Shown here: piece by piece, positions 8,660-18,258 of the stretch
Numbering within the stretch: position 1 is the stretch's first letter
How the letters are laid out: every line of letters begins with the position of its first letter
From: Candidatus Lindowbacteria bacterium RIFCSPLOWO2_12_FULL_62_27
GTDB taxonomy: Bacteria > Lindowbacteria > 2-12-FULL-62-27
Assembly (NCBI GenBank): GCA_001784175.1
Contig: MFPR01000036.1
Location: 1 to 42,745 of the forward strand
Reading direction: 5' to 3'
Length of the DNA stretch: 42,745 nt
Program-made: the position numbers and the translations under genes
The notes under the pieces: model-generated
What the model was told of the DNA's origin: nothing
Database searches by the model: none
The model's input: only the letters and a program-made list of their open reading frames with translations

Positions 8660-10942
8660 ATGTATGTAGATCCATCAGCGGGCTTCTGGAAACGGAGCCT
8701 CGCCGGAAAAATCCGGGCGGATTGGGCCAAAGAGATTGACGACTATGAAACCGAAGTCGTCCTGAAGAAGCAGGGGAAGATTGAGGAGAAGGTCTTCGCC
8801 GAGACGCGCCTGCGGCGCGGGGCCTACGGCCAGCGCTATGACAACGGATTCCGGCACGACGGAAAAATGCAGAGGCCCATCGAGTATCCCGGCACGGGCG
8901 TGACCAAGGGTCCGAACACGATGTGGGACGCCCCGGGGATGCAGCGGATCAAGATCCCGTACGGCGGACTTACGCCCGAGCAGATGGAGACGATCGCCGA
9001 CCTTGCGGAGGAGTATTCCGACGCGATCTGCCACGTCACCACCCGCCAGGATTTTCAGCTTCACTATGTCTTCATCGACACCACGCCGTCGATGTTCCGG
9101 CGGCTGGCGGCGGTCGGCATCACGACGCGCGAGGCCTGCGGCAATTCGGTGCGCAACGTCACCGGCTGTCCCTACGCGGGCGTCTGCCCGACCGAGGCGT
9201 TCGACGTCACGCCGTATGCCCGAGCCGCGTTCCAGTACCTGCTGGGCCATCCGGACGTGCAGGATTTCGGCCGGAAATTCAAAATCGCGTTTTCAGGCTG
9301 CAAGGACAAGGCGTGCGCGCTGGTCAGCATGCACGATTTGGGATTCATCGCCGCCGCGCGCTCGCTGAACGGCAAAGTCGAGCGCGGGTTCGAAATGTAC
9401 GTCGGCGGCGGTCTCGGCCCGGAACCCTACCAGGCGAAACTGTTCGATCCGTTTGTTACCGAATCCGAGATGCTGGCGGTCACGCAGGCCGTCTGCCGGA
9501 TTTTTGCGCGGTACGGCGAGAAGAAGAAGCGCGGCCGGGCCCGGATCAAATTCCTGGTCGGCGACTGGGGGATCGAGAAATTCAAGCAGGCCGTGCTGGA
9601 GGAGCGCGCGAAACTGCCGGCCGACCCGCGCTGGACGGAGTACCTCGCGCATCTCGGCGAGACGGACGAGACGCCGCTCCGTCCCGCGTCTTCCTCCGTT
9701 CCCCTTGCCCGCAACGGATACGAATACTGGTATTCGACAAATGTTCTTCCGCAAAAACAGAAAGGCTACGCCATCGTCACGGTGACCCTGCCGCTGGGCG
9801 ACCTCACCGCCAATCAGATGCGGGCCCTCGCGGACCTTGTGCGAAAATATACGAAGGGCACCGCGCGCACCACCGTCGAGCAGAACATCGTGATCCGCTG
9901 GGTGAGCGAATCGGACGTCCCGGCGCTCTACGAGGACCTCAAGCGAATCGGTCTGGCCGAACCCGGCGCCGGCACGATCGTGGACGTCACCGCCTGCCCG
10001 GGGACCGACACGTGCAAGCTGGGCGTGTCGTCCTCCCGGGGACTCGGGGGAGTTCTCAGGGAGCGGCTGGCGGCCAAAGCGCTCGAGATGGACGAGTCGA
10101 TCCGGGGACTGCGGATCAAAGTGAGCGGGTGTTTCAACTCGTGCGGCCAGCATCACATCGCCGACATCGGATTCTACGGCACCAGCCGCAACGTCGGCGG
10201 CTACGTCGTGCCGCATTTTCAGCTTGTCCTGGGCGGCACCATGCGCGAAAACGCCGCGTCCTACGGTCTCGCGATCGGCAACGTGCCGTCGAAATCCATT
10301 CCGGACGTCGTCGACCGGCTGACCGACTTGTACGCAAAAGGCCGGCGGGGTGGAGAGTCGTTCCAGGCGTTTATCGCGCGGCTCGGCAAAGCCGAGCTCA
10401 AAACTGCGCTGGCGGACCTTCTCGCCGTGCCTGCCTACGAGAAGGATCGAAGCTTCTACGTCGACTGGGGCGACGTGCGGGAGTACTCGACGAAAGACAA
10501 GGGCACCGGCGAGTGCGCCGGCGAGGTCGTGAGCCTGACCGAGTTTGGCCTGAAGGCCGCGGACCGCGAGGTGTTCGAGGCGCAGGAGGCGCTGGACGGC
10601 GGCCGGCATCAGCAGGCGGCGGACATGGCCTACACGGCGATGAAGCACGCGGCGCAGGCGCTCGTCAAAAAATACAATCCGGACATCTCCGAGGAACCCG
10701 ACGCGGTATTGAAGGAGTTCACGGAGCGTTTTTGCGACACGCAGATTTTTTACGATCCCTACGCGGGCCCCAAGTTCGCGCACTATTATGCCCGCGCCCA
10801 CGAACACCGGGCCGACCCGGCCGACGCGGAGAAGGCGCGCCACCGCGTGGGCGAGGCCCAGCTTTTCATCGACGCCGCCTACAACTGCAACATCCGGATG
10901 AGCATGGAAAAAACCGCGTCGAACGCTGTCCTCAACGCCTGA
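8660..10942 (+). CDS. Siroheme/4Fe-4S nitrite or sulfite reductase (ferredoxin type) with a C-terminal HEPN-like domain
   Basis: HVTTRQDFQ, ACGNSVRN, RKFKIAFSG, VGGGLG, TVEQNI, CPGTDTC and SGCFNSCG ligands; ATG 8660 with RBS. Substrate not determinable. Confidence 0.9.
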   Translation: MYVDPSAGFWKRSLAGKIRADWAKEIDDYETEVVLKKQGKIEEKVFAETRLRRGAYGQRYDNGFRHDGKMQRPIEYPGTGVTKGPNTMWDAPGMQRIKIPYGGLTPEQMETIADLAEEYSDAICHVTTRQDFQLHYVFIDTTPSMFRRLAAVGITTREACGNSVRNVTGCPYAGVCPTEAFDVTPYARAAFQYLLGHPDVQDFGRKFKIAFSGCKDKACALVSMHDLGFIAAARSLNGKVERGFEMYVGGGLGPEPYQAKLFDPFVTESEMLAVTQAVCRIFARYGEKKKRGRARIKFLVGDWGIEKFKQAVLEERAKLPADPRWTEYLAHLGETDETPLRPASSSVPLARNGYEYWYSTNVLPQKQKGYAIVTVTLPLGDLTANQMRALADLVRKYTKGTARTTVEQNIVIRWVSESDVPALYEDLKRIGLAEPGAGTIVDVTACPGTDTCKLGVSSSRGLGGVLRERLAAKALEMDESIRGLRIKVSGCFNSCGQHHIADIGFYGTSRNVGGYVVPHFQLVLGGTMRENAASYGLAIGNVPSKSIPDVVDRLTDLYAKGRRGGESFQAFIARLGKAELKTALADLLAVPAYEKDRSFYVDWGDVREYSTKDKGTGECAGEVVSLTEFGLKAADREVFEAQEALDGGRHQQAADMAYTAMKHAAQALVKKYNPDISEEPDAVLKEFTERFCDTQIFYDPYAGPKFAHYYARAHEHRADPADAEKARHRVGEAQLFIDAAYNCNIRMSMEKTASNAVLNA

Positions 10943-10951
10943 ACAGTGGAT

Positions 10952-11518
10952 ATGCAGAAAATCAACTGGAAACTATTTGTCGAGCGCCCGGAAACTGCGA
11001 GTCCCGACGTTTTCTTCAAAGTTTTCAACACCTGGATTCCGGGCAGCCCTGAGGTCTTTGTCGACGTGGCCGATTACCAGCACGCGCACGACGGCCCGCG
11101 CACGGCTCTGGTCGGTTATTGCTCGGACTTTTGGCTGGACGATGCCGGGTCCCGCGTCGGGCTCCTCTACAATCGCCGCGCGCCGATGGAGGGAACCGGC
11201 GAGGAGAAGCTCAAGCGAACGCTGGGCGAGTTGTTCCGGTCGTGCCGGCGGCTGGAGCAGGACCCCGAGTTTGGCGGCCGGCTGAAGTTCCGGACGGATG
11301 AACTGGTGTTTCGGATCAATGACCGCGGCCTTGCGCCCAACACGGCGGAGACGTTCGACCGCGTCCGGGCTGTGCTCGCGGGGGTCCTGTCCGGCGTCTA
11401 CGGCGGAACGTCGTTTGTCCTCGATCGCGTGACCGACCCGCGGCAGCGGTTCACGGTCAACATTTCAAGCCTTCCCCATCACCCTCTCGATCATCTGATC
11501 CAGCGGTTGCCCTCCTGA
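10952..11518 (+). CDS. Conserved hypothetical protein accompanying the reductase
   Basis: Starts 9 nt after the reductase stop (GTG 10946 possible); VDVADYxH-GP, GLLYNR and INDR-LAPN blocks. Confidence 0.8.
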   Translation: MQKINWKLFVERPETASPDVFFKVFNTWIPGSPEVFVDVADYQHAHDGPRTALVGYCSDFWLDDAGSRVGLLYNRRAPMEGTGEEKLKRTLGELFRSCRRLEQDPEFGGRLKFRTDELVFRINDRGLAPNTAETFDRVRAVLAGVLSGVYGGTSFVLDRVTDPRQRFTVNISSLPHHPLDHLIQRLPS

Positions 11519-12519
11519 TGCTGCGCGTGTGCCTGCTCGGTACGGGCGATTACGCGTACGTCCATGCCGACTGGTGGGGTCGCGTGCCCGGCGCGCGCCT
11601 GGTCGCGGTGGCGGGCCGGACGCCGGACCGGGTCCAGCGCCTGTGCCGTGGCCGGCCGGGCGTCGAGCCGCTGTCCATGGAGGACGTGCAGAAATCCGGC
11701 CGCCCCTTCGACCTCGTGGACATCGTGACGCCGCATTCGCTCCACGCGGAACAGACGGTCCGCGCCTTGGAGGCCGGGTATCATGTGCTGGTCGAAAAAC
11801 CGATGGCGACAACCGCGGCGGACGCCGGGCGGATGGTCCGCGCGGCGGGGTCGGCCGGCCGGAGGCTCTTTGTCGTATCGCAGTACAGATTCATCCCGGC
11901 GTTTCGCGTGCTCTCCAGGGTTTTGGGCGGCGTGCGAGTGCGGCGCGCGAAATATTCCATGAAGGCGACGCTGTTCAGCGCGGGCATCAATACGGACCGG
12001 GAGACTTGGAAATCCAAACGCGAAACCGCCGGTGGCGGCCTCCTGATCGGCAGCCTCGTCCATCCGCTGGATCTGCTGTTGAAATGGTTCGGCGCGCCGC
12101 AGGATATCGTCGCGAAGACCGGCGCGGAGATTCGAAACATCGAGGTGGAGACGCGCGTCCAAGCGTCATGGCGCGCGGATCATGGCGCGCGGATCGAGCT
12201 GGAAGGCGCCGCGCTGCCCGGCGTCATCCCGGCGGCGGAGCTTGAAATCGAACTTGAAAATGGCCGGAAGGTCCGCGTCCAGAATCGGCGCTTCGACCCG
12301 CGTGGCGTGCCGATCCGGTGGAAACTCATGGAACTCTGGACCGGCTTCTGGGGCCGGGCCGTCCCCTCTCGGCGCGATCCTCTCGCCCGGCAGTTCGCCG
12401 ACATCGTCCAGTCCCTGGCCACCGGCCGGCGCGCTGCGGTTGAGGGCGCCGACGGGTTGTCGGTGATCGGTGCGGTTGAAAAAATCTACGAGGCGGCGCT
12501 CAAAAAATCGGATAATTGA
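11518..12519 (+). CDS. Gfo/Idh/MocA family oxidoreductase
   Basis: LLGTGDYA Rossmann start, TPHSLH, HVLVEKP, GGGLL...HPLD; TGATG coupling to the upstream gene. Confidence 0.88.
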   Translation: MLRVCLLGTGDYAYVHADWWGRVPGARLVAVAGRTPDRVQRLCRGRPGVEPLSMEDVQKSGRPFDLVDIVTPHSLHAEQTVRALEAGYHVLVEKPMATTAADAGRMVRAAGSAGRRLFVVSQYRFIPAFRVLSRVLGGVRVRRAKYSMKATLFSAGINTDRETWKSKRETAGGGLLIGSLVHPLDLLLKWFGAPQDIVAKTGAEIRNIEVETRVQASWRADHGARIELEGAALPGVIPAAELEIELENGRKVRVQNRRFDPRGVPIRWKLMELWTGFWGRAVPSRRDPLARQFADIVQSLATGRRAAVEGADGLSVIGAVEKIYEAALKKSDN

Positions 12520-12691
12520 ACGGCCGCATGCCCAGTTTTTTGATGTAGAGGAAGAGGCCGCCGACGAGGACGAGCAGGATCAAGAGCGGCGTCAGCCACC
12601 ACCAGCGGTAGTCCCAGACCATCTGTTTGAAGGACCGGGGCGGCTCGGGCGCCTCCGGCGCCGGTTCCTTTCGAAGATCTTCTCCGGCCAT
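12500..12691 (-). CDS. 63-aa single-TM microprotein, DUF5989/SxtK-like, with DltX-like C-terminal motif
   Basis: ATG at 12691, 2 nt after the MBOAT stop; ...YRWWWLTPLLILLVLVGGLFLYIKKLGMRPFNYPIF. Hidden as the C-terminus of shadow ORF 12500..13471. Confidence 0.75.
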   Translation of the reverse strand: MAGEDLRKEPAPEAPEPPRSFKQMVWDYRWWWLTPLLILLVLVGGLFLYIKKLGMRPFNYPIF

Positions 12692-12693
12692 GG

Positions 12694-14148
12694 CTAGAAT
12701 TGGAAATAAATAAACTGCTGTTTCGTGAACATTCCGAAGAAGATGATCGCAAAGGCCAAGAGATAAATCCAGACCCACCGGACCCAGATTTTTTGTTGCG
12801 CGAACCGGACGTCCAGGCCCCACCGGTTCTGCAGGAGGTCCCCTCCGATCAGCACTGCGATCATTCCCATGGCGGTCAGAAACGACTGCGCGGACCGGCC
12901 GAGGAGCAGCGCCGGCGCCAGGGCCGACGGGTCGGTCAGCGCCGACCAGCCGGTTGTGAGGCGGCTGAGAACGGTGAGGGCGTCCGACATGGAATTGGCG
13001 CGGAAGAAAATCCAGGCGAAGGCGACCAGGTTGAAGGTGACGAAGACTTGGGCGGCGCGCCGGACCGGATGCGTTTGCGGGCCCGCATTCCCAAAGATCC
13101 GGGTCTGCCACGGTTTCCAGAACACCGACGCGGCCAGATACAGGCCATGCAGCGCGCCCCAGACGATGAAGGTCCATGCGAAGCCGTGCCAGAGCCCGGA
13201 GAAGAGAAACGTGACCATGAGCGCTGCGGCGACCCCGAAATTCCTTCCATCCCGCCACTGAATTTGCAGGGGCTTGAAGATGTAGTCGAGAATCCATCGC
13301 GAAAACGAAATATGCCAGCGCCGCCAGAAGTCCGGCACGGAGGCGGCGAGGTACGGAGAATTGAAATTTTGCGTCAGCCGGATGTTGAACATTTGCGCGA
13401 CGCCGAGGGCCATGTCGGTGTAGCCGGAAAAATCCGCGAAGATCTGGATCGCATAGAGGTAGGTCGCCCACACCAGCGTGACGCCGTCATGGGCGCTGAC
13501 ATCGCCGTAGACTGCGTCGACATAGACCGCCAGTCGATTCGCCACCGCCTCTTTCTTGAAAAGCCCCCAGCCGAACAGAATGAGGCCGCTGTACAGATTG
13601 TCGGTGTTGCGCTCGTAGGGCGTGCGGAGCTGCGGCATCAAATCGCTGGCCCGCTCGATGGGGCCCTGCAGCAGTTTGGGAAAAAATCCGAGGTAGAGCG
13701 CGAACCGCCCGAAATGCGTTTCCGGCTCGGCCGTTTCCATATAGACATCGGTCAAATAGGAAACCGCCTGCAGCGTGTAGTAGGAAACGCCGATCGTGAC
13801 AAATAAATTTCCCCACGCCGTGTCCGCCGCCAGACTTGGATAAAAGGCTTGGGCGAGCGTGTGCAGGTACTTGACGCCGCAGAGGACCCCGACGTTTGCG
13901 GCGATGCCTGCCCATAGAAGCCGCCCTCGGGCGGTCTCGGCCGTTTGACGCGCCATTCGGAGGCCGCACTCATATGACACCCACGTGACGCCCGCCCATG
14001 CCGCGAGGAGGACCGGCGCTTTGAGGGTCGCGTAAAAGAGGACGCTCGCGACGAGCAACACCAGCCACCGGCGGGCGTCGGGCGTGACCTGGTACACGAG
14101 CCAGATCACCGGCACGAAGAGGAAGTAGGCCGGCGAATCGAAGAACAT
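12694..14148 (-). CDS. MBOAT O-acyltransferase (AlgI/DltB-like)
   Basis: IGVSYYTLQAVSY, FFPKLLQGPIER, DFSGYTDMA, FWRRWHISFS, SGLWHG; C-terminal FIYFQF. Confidence 0.95.
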   Translation of the reverse strand: MFFDSPAYFLFVPVIWLVYQVTPDARRWLVLLVASVLFYATLKAPVLLAAWAGVTWVSYECGLRMARQTAETARGRLLWAGIAANVGVLCGVKYLHTLAQAFYPSLAADTAWGNLFVTIGVSYYTLQAVSYLTDVYMETAEPETHFGRFALYLGFFPKLLQGPIERASDLMPQLRTPYERNTDNLYSGLILFGWGLFKKEAVANRLAVYVDAVYGDVSAHDGVTLVWATYLYAIQIFADFSGYTDMALGVAQMFNIRLTQNFNSPYLAASVPDFWRRWHISFSRWILDYIFKPLQIQWRDGRNFGVAAALMVTFLFSGLWHGFAWTFIVWGALHGLYLAASVFWKPWQTRIFGNAGPQTHPVRRAAQVFVTFNLVAFAWIFFRANSMSDALTVLSRLTTGWSALTDPSALAPALLLGRSAQSFLTAMGMIAVLIGGDLLQNRWGLDVRFAQQKIWVRWVWIYLLAFAIIFFGMFTKQQFIYFQF

Positions 14149-14385
14149 TTACGGCCGCCCCAATTTCGCGTCCACCAGGCGCTGCAGATCCCCCACGTTT
14201 TTGAGTTTCAGAATTTCCAGGTTCTTGAACCGGACGGCGAACTTCTGTTCCACGGCGAGGATCACGTTCACGTGGTTCAGCGAATCCCAGCCGGGCACTT
14301 CCGGGGCGGTCGTTTGCTCCGTGAGGTTCCAGTCGTCGAGTTTGAGCGCGCCCAAAATGGTCTGCTTCAATTCGTTCGTAATCAT
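14149..14385 (-). CDS. Dedicated acyl carrier protein
   Basis: GWDSLNH phosphopantetheine motif; 78 aa; abuts the MBOAT and overlaps the ligase stop. Confidence 0.92.
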   Translation of the reverse strand: MITNELKQTILGALKLDDWNLTEQTTAPEVPGWDSLNHVNVILAVEQKFAVRFKNLEILKLKNVGDLQRLVDAKLGRP

Positions 14386-16064
14386 GCGCCCTCCAGAAGT
14401 CTTTCCTTGTTCGCCCTCCGGCTGGGTTTGCCGGCCGAGCTCTTAATCAACCATCGCGGCGGTACCAGGTAAACCTTCGCGATCGTCACGTCGATCGACA
14501 TGCCGGCCCGGACCACGGCGAGCTTGAGCGCCTTCCGGCCCGCGTCGTCTTCGACATTCGTTTCGGCCGCGACCGCCACCTGCTCGCTGCCGATATCCTT
14601 GTTGTCCTCGGCGAAGGCGATCACGCGCCCGGGAATGACGCCGTCGACTTTCCCGACCGCATCCTCGACGTCCTCGGGATAAACGTTGTTTCCGGCGACG
14701 ATGATGACATCCTTTTTTCTTCCGATGACGTAATACTCGCCGTCTCTTCTGAACCCGTAATCTCCGCTGAAATACCAGCCGTCGCGAAGGACATCGGCGG
14801 TTTTTTCCGGATAATTCCGGTAGCCGTCGAAAAGCGAAACCGATGTAATGGCCAACTCGCCGATGGTTCCGTCGGCAACTTCCCGGCGGTTCTCGTCCAC
14901 CACCTTCAGCCGGCAGCCATCGATGGGCCGGCCGGACGAGACGCACAACCGGTCCGGCCTGCCGGTCCGGGCGGGCGCTGCCATGCCCTTGGAAAGTTCG
15001 GCGCGGTCGGCGGCGAACACGGCCGGCTCGGTTTCAGGCGCCGTCTGCGTGACCGCGAACGTGGTCTCCGCCATGGCGTAGCACGACGAGAGCGCGGCCA
15101 AATTCAATCCGCGCGCCCGGAACCGCTCGATGAACTTCTGATGGCTTTCGTGCCGGACCGGTTCGCTGCAATTGACGACGAGCCGCCAGCTTCGAAGGTC
15201 AACGCCGTCGAGGTCTTCGTCCGAGATTTTGTCCGCCATCAGGTTGTACGCGAAGTTCGGCAGCCACGAGATCGTGCCGCGCTCCCGAGAAACCGCCTCC
15301 AGGAGGAGGGACGGCACCTGCACCCATTCAAACGGATCGATCTGTACCGCCGGAATTCCGAACGCGAGCGGCAGATGAAAGGCCGCGATCAGACCCATGT
15401 CGTGATAGAGCGGCAGCCAGCTCACGATCTTGTCCGTGTCGGTCAGCCGAATCGCCTCCCCGTAGAGCCTGACGTGTTCGAGTACGGCGCGGTGCGACAG
15501 GAGGACAGGTTTCTGCAGGCCGGTGGTGCCGGAGGAATGCTGAAGCAAAAACGGGTCGGCCGGCGCCGCCGCGCGGTGGGCTGCCTCCACGCGGTCCCGT
15601 GCCTTGCCGCTCAGGGTCGTGCCCATGTCCCATTCGAGCGGAAAGTGCAGGCCTTTGATGGTGGTGCCCGCGGCGGGCTCGATCAGAGGGGAAGCCACCG
15701 GCTCGAGGTCTCTTTCCGTGAATATCCAGTCCAGTCCGGACCGGCGCGACATGCCGATGATTCCCTCCCGGAATTTGTCCGGATGCAGCCGCGGGTTCGG
15801 GTAGGCCAGGATCGCCGGGATCGCGCCGACACAGCTCACGGCAAGGTAAAGCGGATAGAGATGGCGGTTGTGACGCAGCAGGATCGCGCACACGTCGCCC
15901 TTGGCGATGCCGCGTTCGGTCAGCGACGCGGCAAAACATTCCGCGGCGCGGACCAGCCCCGAAAAGGTCCACCGGTACGGATCTTCCCCCGCGACCCAGT
16001 GGACGATCGCGTCCCGATCGGGGCGCTTCCGCGCGTTTTCAGTCCAGCGGTTCCAAAGAATCAT
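14382..16064 (-). CDS. AMP-dependent ligase, fatty acyl-AMP ligase-like
   Basis: LQHSSGTTG, SWLPLYHDMGL, NCSEP, YAMAE, SGD, GRKKD, KSSAGK; ATG 16064 in an ATGA overlap with the upstream gene. Confidence 0.9.
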   Translation of the reverse strand: MILWNRWTENARKRPDRDAIVHWVAGEDPYRWTFSGLVRAAECFAASLTERGIAKGDVCAILLRHNRHLYPLYLAVSCVGAIPAILAYPNPRLHPDKFREGIIGMSRRSGLDWIFTERDLEPVASPLIEPAAGTTIKGLHFPLEWDMGTTLSGKARDRVEAAHRAAAPADPFLLQHSSGTTGLQKPVLLSHRAVLEHVRLYGEAIRLTDTDKIVSWLPLYHDMGLIAAFHLPLAFGIPAVQIDPFEWVQVPSLLLEAVSRERGTISWLPNFAYNLMADKISDEDLDGVDLRSWRLVVNCSEPVRHESHQKFIERFRARGLNLAALSSCYAMAETTFAVTQTAPETEPAVFAADRAELSKGMAAPARTGRPDRLCVSSGRPIDGCRLKVVDENRREVADGTIGELAITSVSLFDGYRNYPEKTADVLRDGWYFSGDYGFRRDGEYYVIGRKKDVIIVAGNNVYPEDVEDAVGKVDGVIPGRVIAFAEDNKDIGSEQVAVAAETNVEDDAGRKALKLAVVRAGMSIDVTIAKVYLVPPRWLIKSSAGKPSRRANKERLLEGA

Positions 16065-17044
16065 TGGGACATGCGCGCGCTGATTTCGGCCGAAACGAGC
16101 GCGTGCCCGAAATCGCTGTAATGGAGGGAGTCGACGTAGGTTGTGCGAATGTCGTGCGACACGAGGGCCGGCATGAGATCGATCCACGGGATTCCCTGCG
16201 TCTCGCAGAACGCGCGGATCTGCTCGTTTCTCGGAAACGCCGCCGTTCCCTGTTGCGCCGCCCGCACCTGCGATCTCGGCGGCGACAGCACGAGGATGAA
16301 CGAGTCGCCGGACCGATCGGCGCGGATGGCCAGAACGGCCTTCTGCCAGTCGTCCAGCGCCTGCGGATCGGCCGGCCTCGTCACGAGATTCAGAAAATAC
16401 CGGTCGGCCTGTTGCGGATCATCGAGCGCCTGGCTGGACCGCCACGTCAACAGGCGGAACACGCCCTCGCGTTTGGCGAGGCGTTTGATCGGCGACCGCC
16501 GTTCAATCATCGGATTGGTCAGGAGCGTGTTTTCATACCGGCTGCGGCCCTCCGCCACCGTGACGAGATCGTCGGCGCCCACCACCAGGACCAGGTGACG
16601 CGGCTCCAGCGCAAAGAGGTCGGCCCGGTAGCGGTCCCGGAGCTGATAAACCGTATAGCCGTCAAACCCCGCGTTCACGCCATTCAGCCGGCTCGCAAAG
16701 GTCGAGTCGGCCGGCACCTGCTGGCCGAGCGTGATGGACGTGCCGAGGAACAGCCTCGGCACCGGCGCCGCGCGGGGTCCACCGGTGCGCAGTCCGAGGT
16801 CGTCAAAGCACAGGGAGAAATCGCCGTAGCCGAGGACGGACTGATGGCGGCACCCGCGAAATTTCCAGCCGACCACCGGATCCTCCAACGCGATGTACTG
16901 GACGCGCCGCTGGGCCGGAATGAGGGCATAGGCCAGAACCTGGGCGAGCAGCTCGATTCCGGCGAGATTCAAGAGAACGATGGCGACGCCCATCTTGAGG
17001 CTGGGAGTCCCGGACTTATTGTTGTCTGGCTTGACGCCGTTCAT
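16061..17044 (-). CDS. Membrane-anchored SGNH/GDSL-like protein
   Basis: N-terminal TM, LFLGTSITLG (variant block I), NAGFDGY, DSLH (DxxH). Confidence 0.75.
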   Translation of the reverse strand: MNGVKPDNNKSGTPSLKMGVAIVLLNLAGIELLAQVLAYALIPAQRRVQYIALEDPVVGWKFRGCRHQSVLGYGDFSLCFDDLGLRTGGPRAAPVPRLFLGTSITLGQQVPADSTFASRLNGVNAGFDGYTVYQLRDRYRADLFALEPRHLVLVVGADDLVTVAEGRSRYENTLLTNPMIERRSPIKRLAKREGVFRLLTWRSSQALDDPQQADRYFLNLVTRPADPQALDDWQKAVLAIRADRSGDSFILVLSPPRSQVRAAQQGTAAFPRNEQIRAFCETQGIPWIDLMPALVSHDIRTTYVDSLHYSDFGHALVSAEISARMSQ

Positions 17045-17097
17045 CCTTTTCCACCTGATTGCGGGATAGATTGGGTCTGAGTTAACATAGGCGGATC

Positions 17098-18258
17098 ATG
17101 CGGCGCAAGACTCTGATCAAACTGTCGTTCGTCCTTGCCAGCGGCCTTTTGGGCCTGCTGGTTCTCGAAATTGCTGTGCGGATTGTCCATCCGCAATTTT
17201 TGGCGGTCAGCCAGCTCGCCGACCCGGTCCTTCTGTGGCGCCGCCGGCCGAACCTGGACATGCAGGTGCTCAATGCGGACGGCGAATGGTTCCTGTTCCA
17301 AACCAACTCGGACGGCTTCCGCGCGCGCGAGTTCAACGCGCTGCCGGAGGGTCGGCAGGTCCTGTTTTTCGGCGATTCGTTCATCGAGGGCGATTACGTT
17401 TCCGACACGTGTCTCTTCGTGAACCATGTCGAATCCTTCCTGCGCGAGGGAACCGGCGATCCTTACGTCTGCCTGAACCTCGGCACGGCCGGGTATGGTC
17501 TCGACCAGCAGACGCTCCTGTACAACCGCCTCCGGGGCAGGCTGCGGCCCAGCGTGGTCGTGCTCGCGTACGCGGGCGGGGCGGTCGAAAAGGTGGCGAC
17601 GCGCACGCTCTTTTCGCTGGACCCGCGAGGGGCGTTGATTTCCAACGTGAACGAATCCGCGGCGCCGCCGGTCTCGCAGAGGCTCTATTACGGCGCCAAG
17701 AATTTTTTCCTGCACGACCTGCATCTCTTCAGCGCGATCATCTGGCCGCTTTCCACGAACCCCGATTTCATCCGGCTCATGACGCGGCTGGGCCTGTTTC
17801 ACGTGGATCTGGCCGCCATCGGCGAATCCGGGCCGGCCTTCAGCTACCGCCACGAGCAGTACCGCCGGGAAGCGCCGCCGAGAATCAAGACGGCGTGGGA
17901 AAAATATTCAAAGGTTCTCGCCCTGATGGACGACCGGGTCCGCTCGGACGGCGCGCGGCTCATGATATTGTACATTCCGTCCGAGGAGGAAATGTATCCG
18001 GACAAGTGGGCGAAGTTTTCGTCCGAGGCGGCGCCGGGCGAATCGCCGCTGGATTCCGGGTTGGTCGAGCAGACGGTCCGCCGGATCGCCGAGTCGCGGC
18101 AGATTGCCTTTGTGTCCCTTCTGCCTGTTCTGCGCGCGGCGGCGCGTGAGGAGCGCCTCTATTATCCGAAGGACGGCCACTGGACGTGCAAGACCCAGCG
18201 GATGGCCGCCCGGGAATTTTCGGGGATGATGATCCCGCACCTGAGGAGGATGCCGTGA
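17098..18258 (+). CDS. Membrane-anchored SGNH protein (AlgJ/AlgX/DltD-like)
   Basis: N-terminal TM, TNSDGFR, FFGDSF, NLGTAGY, KDGHW. Confidence 0.85.
   Translation: MRRKTLIKLSFVLASGLLGLLVLEIAVRIVHPQFLAVSQLADPVLLWRRRPNLDMQVLNADGEWFLFQTNSDGFRAREFNALPEGRQVLFFGDSFIEGDYVSDTCLFVNHVESFLREGTGDPYVCLNLGTAGYGLDQQTLLYNRLRGRLRPSVVVLAYAGGAVEKVATRTLFSLDPRGALISNVNESAAPPVSQRLYYGAKNFFLHDLHLFSAIIWPLSTNPDFIRLMTRLGLFHVDLAAIGESGPAFSYRHEQYRREAPPRIKTAWEKYSKVLALMDDRVRSDGARLMILYIPSEEEMYPDKWAKFSSEAAPGESPLDSGLVEQTVRRIAESRQIAFVSLLPVLRAAAREERLYYPKDGHWTCKTQRMAAREFSGMMIPHLRRMP

Noticed and set aside
8923..11052. 709-aa alternative-frame ORF
   Set aside because: Arg/Gly/Pro-rich off-frame reading of the reductase gene.
12692..13471. 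N-terminal 260 aa of ORF 12500..13471
   Set aside because: Off-frame overlap with the MBOAT; only the last 63 codons from ATG 12691 look like a real gene.
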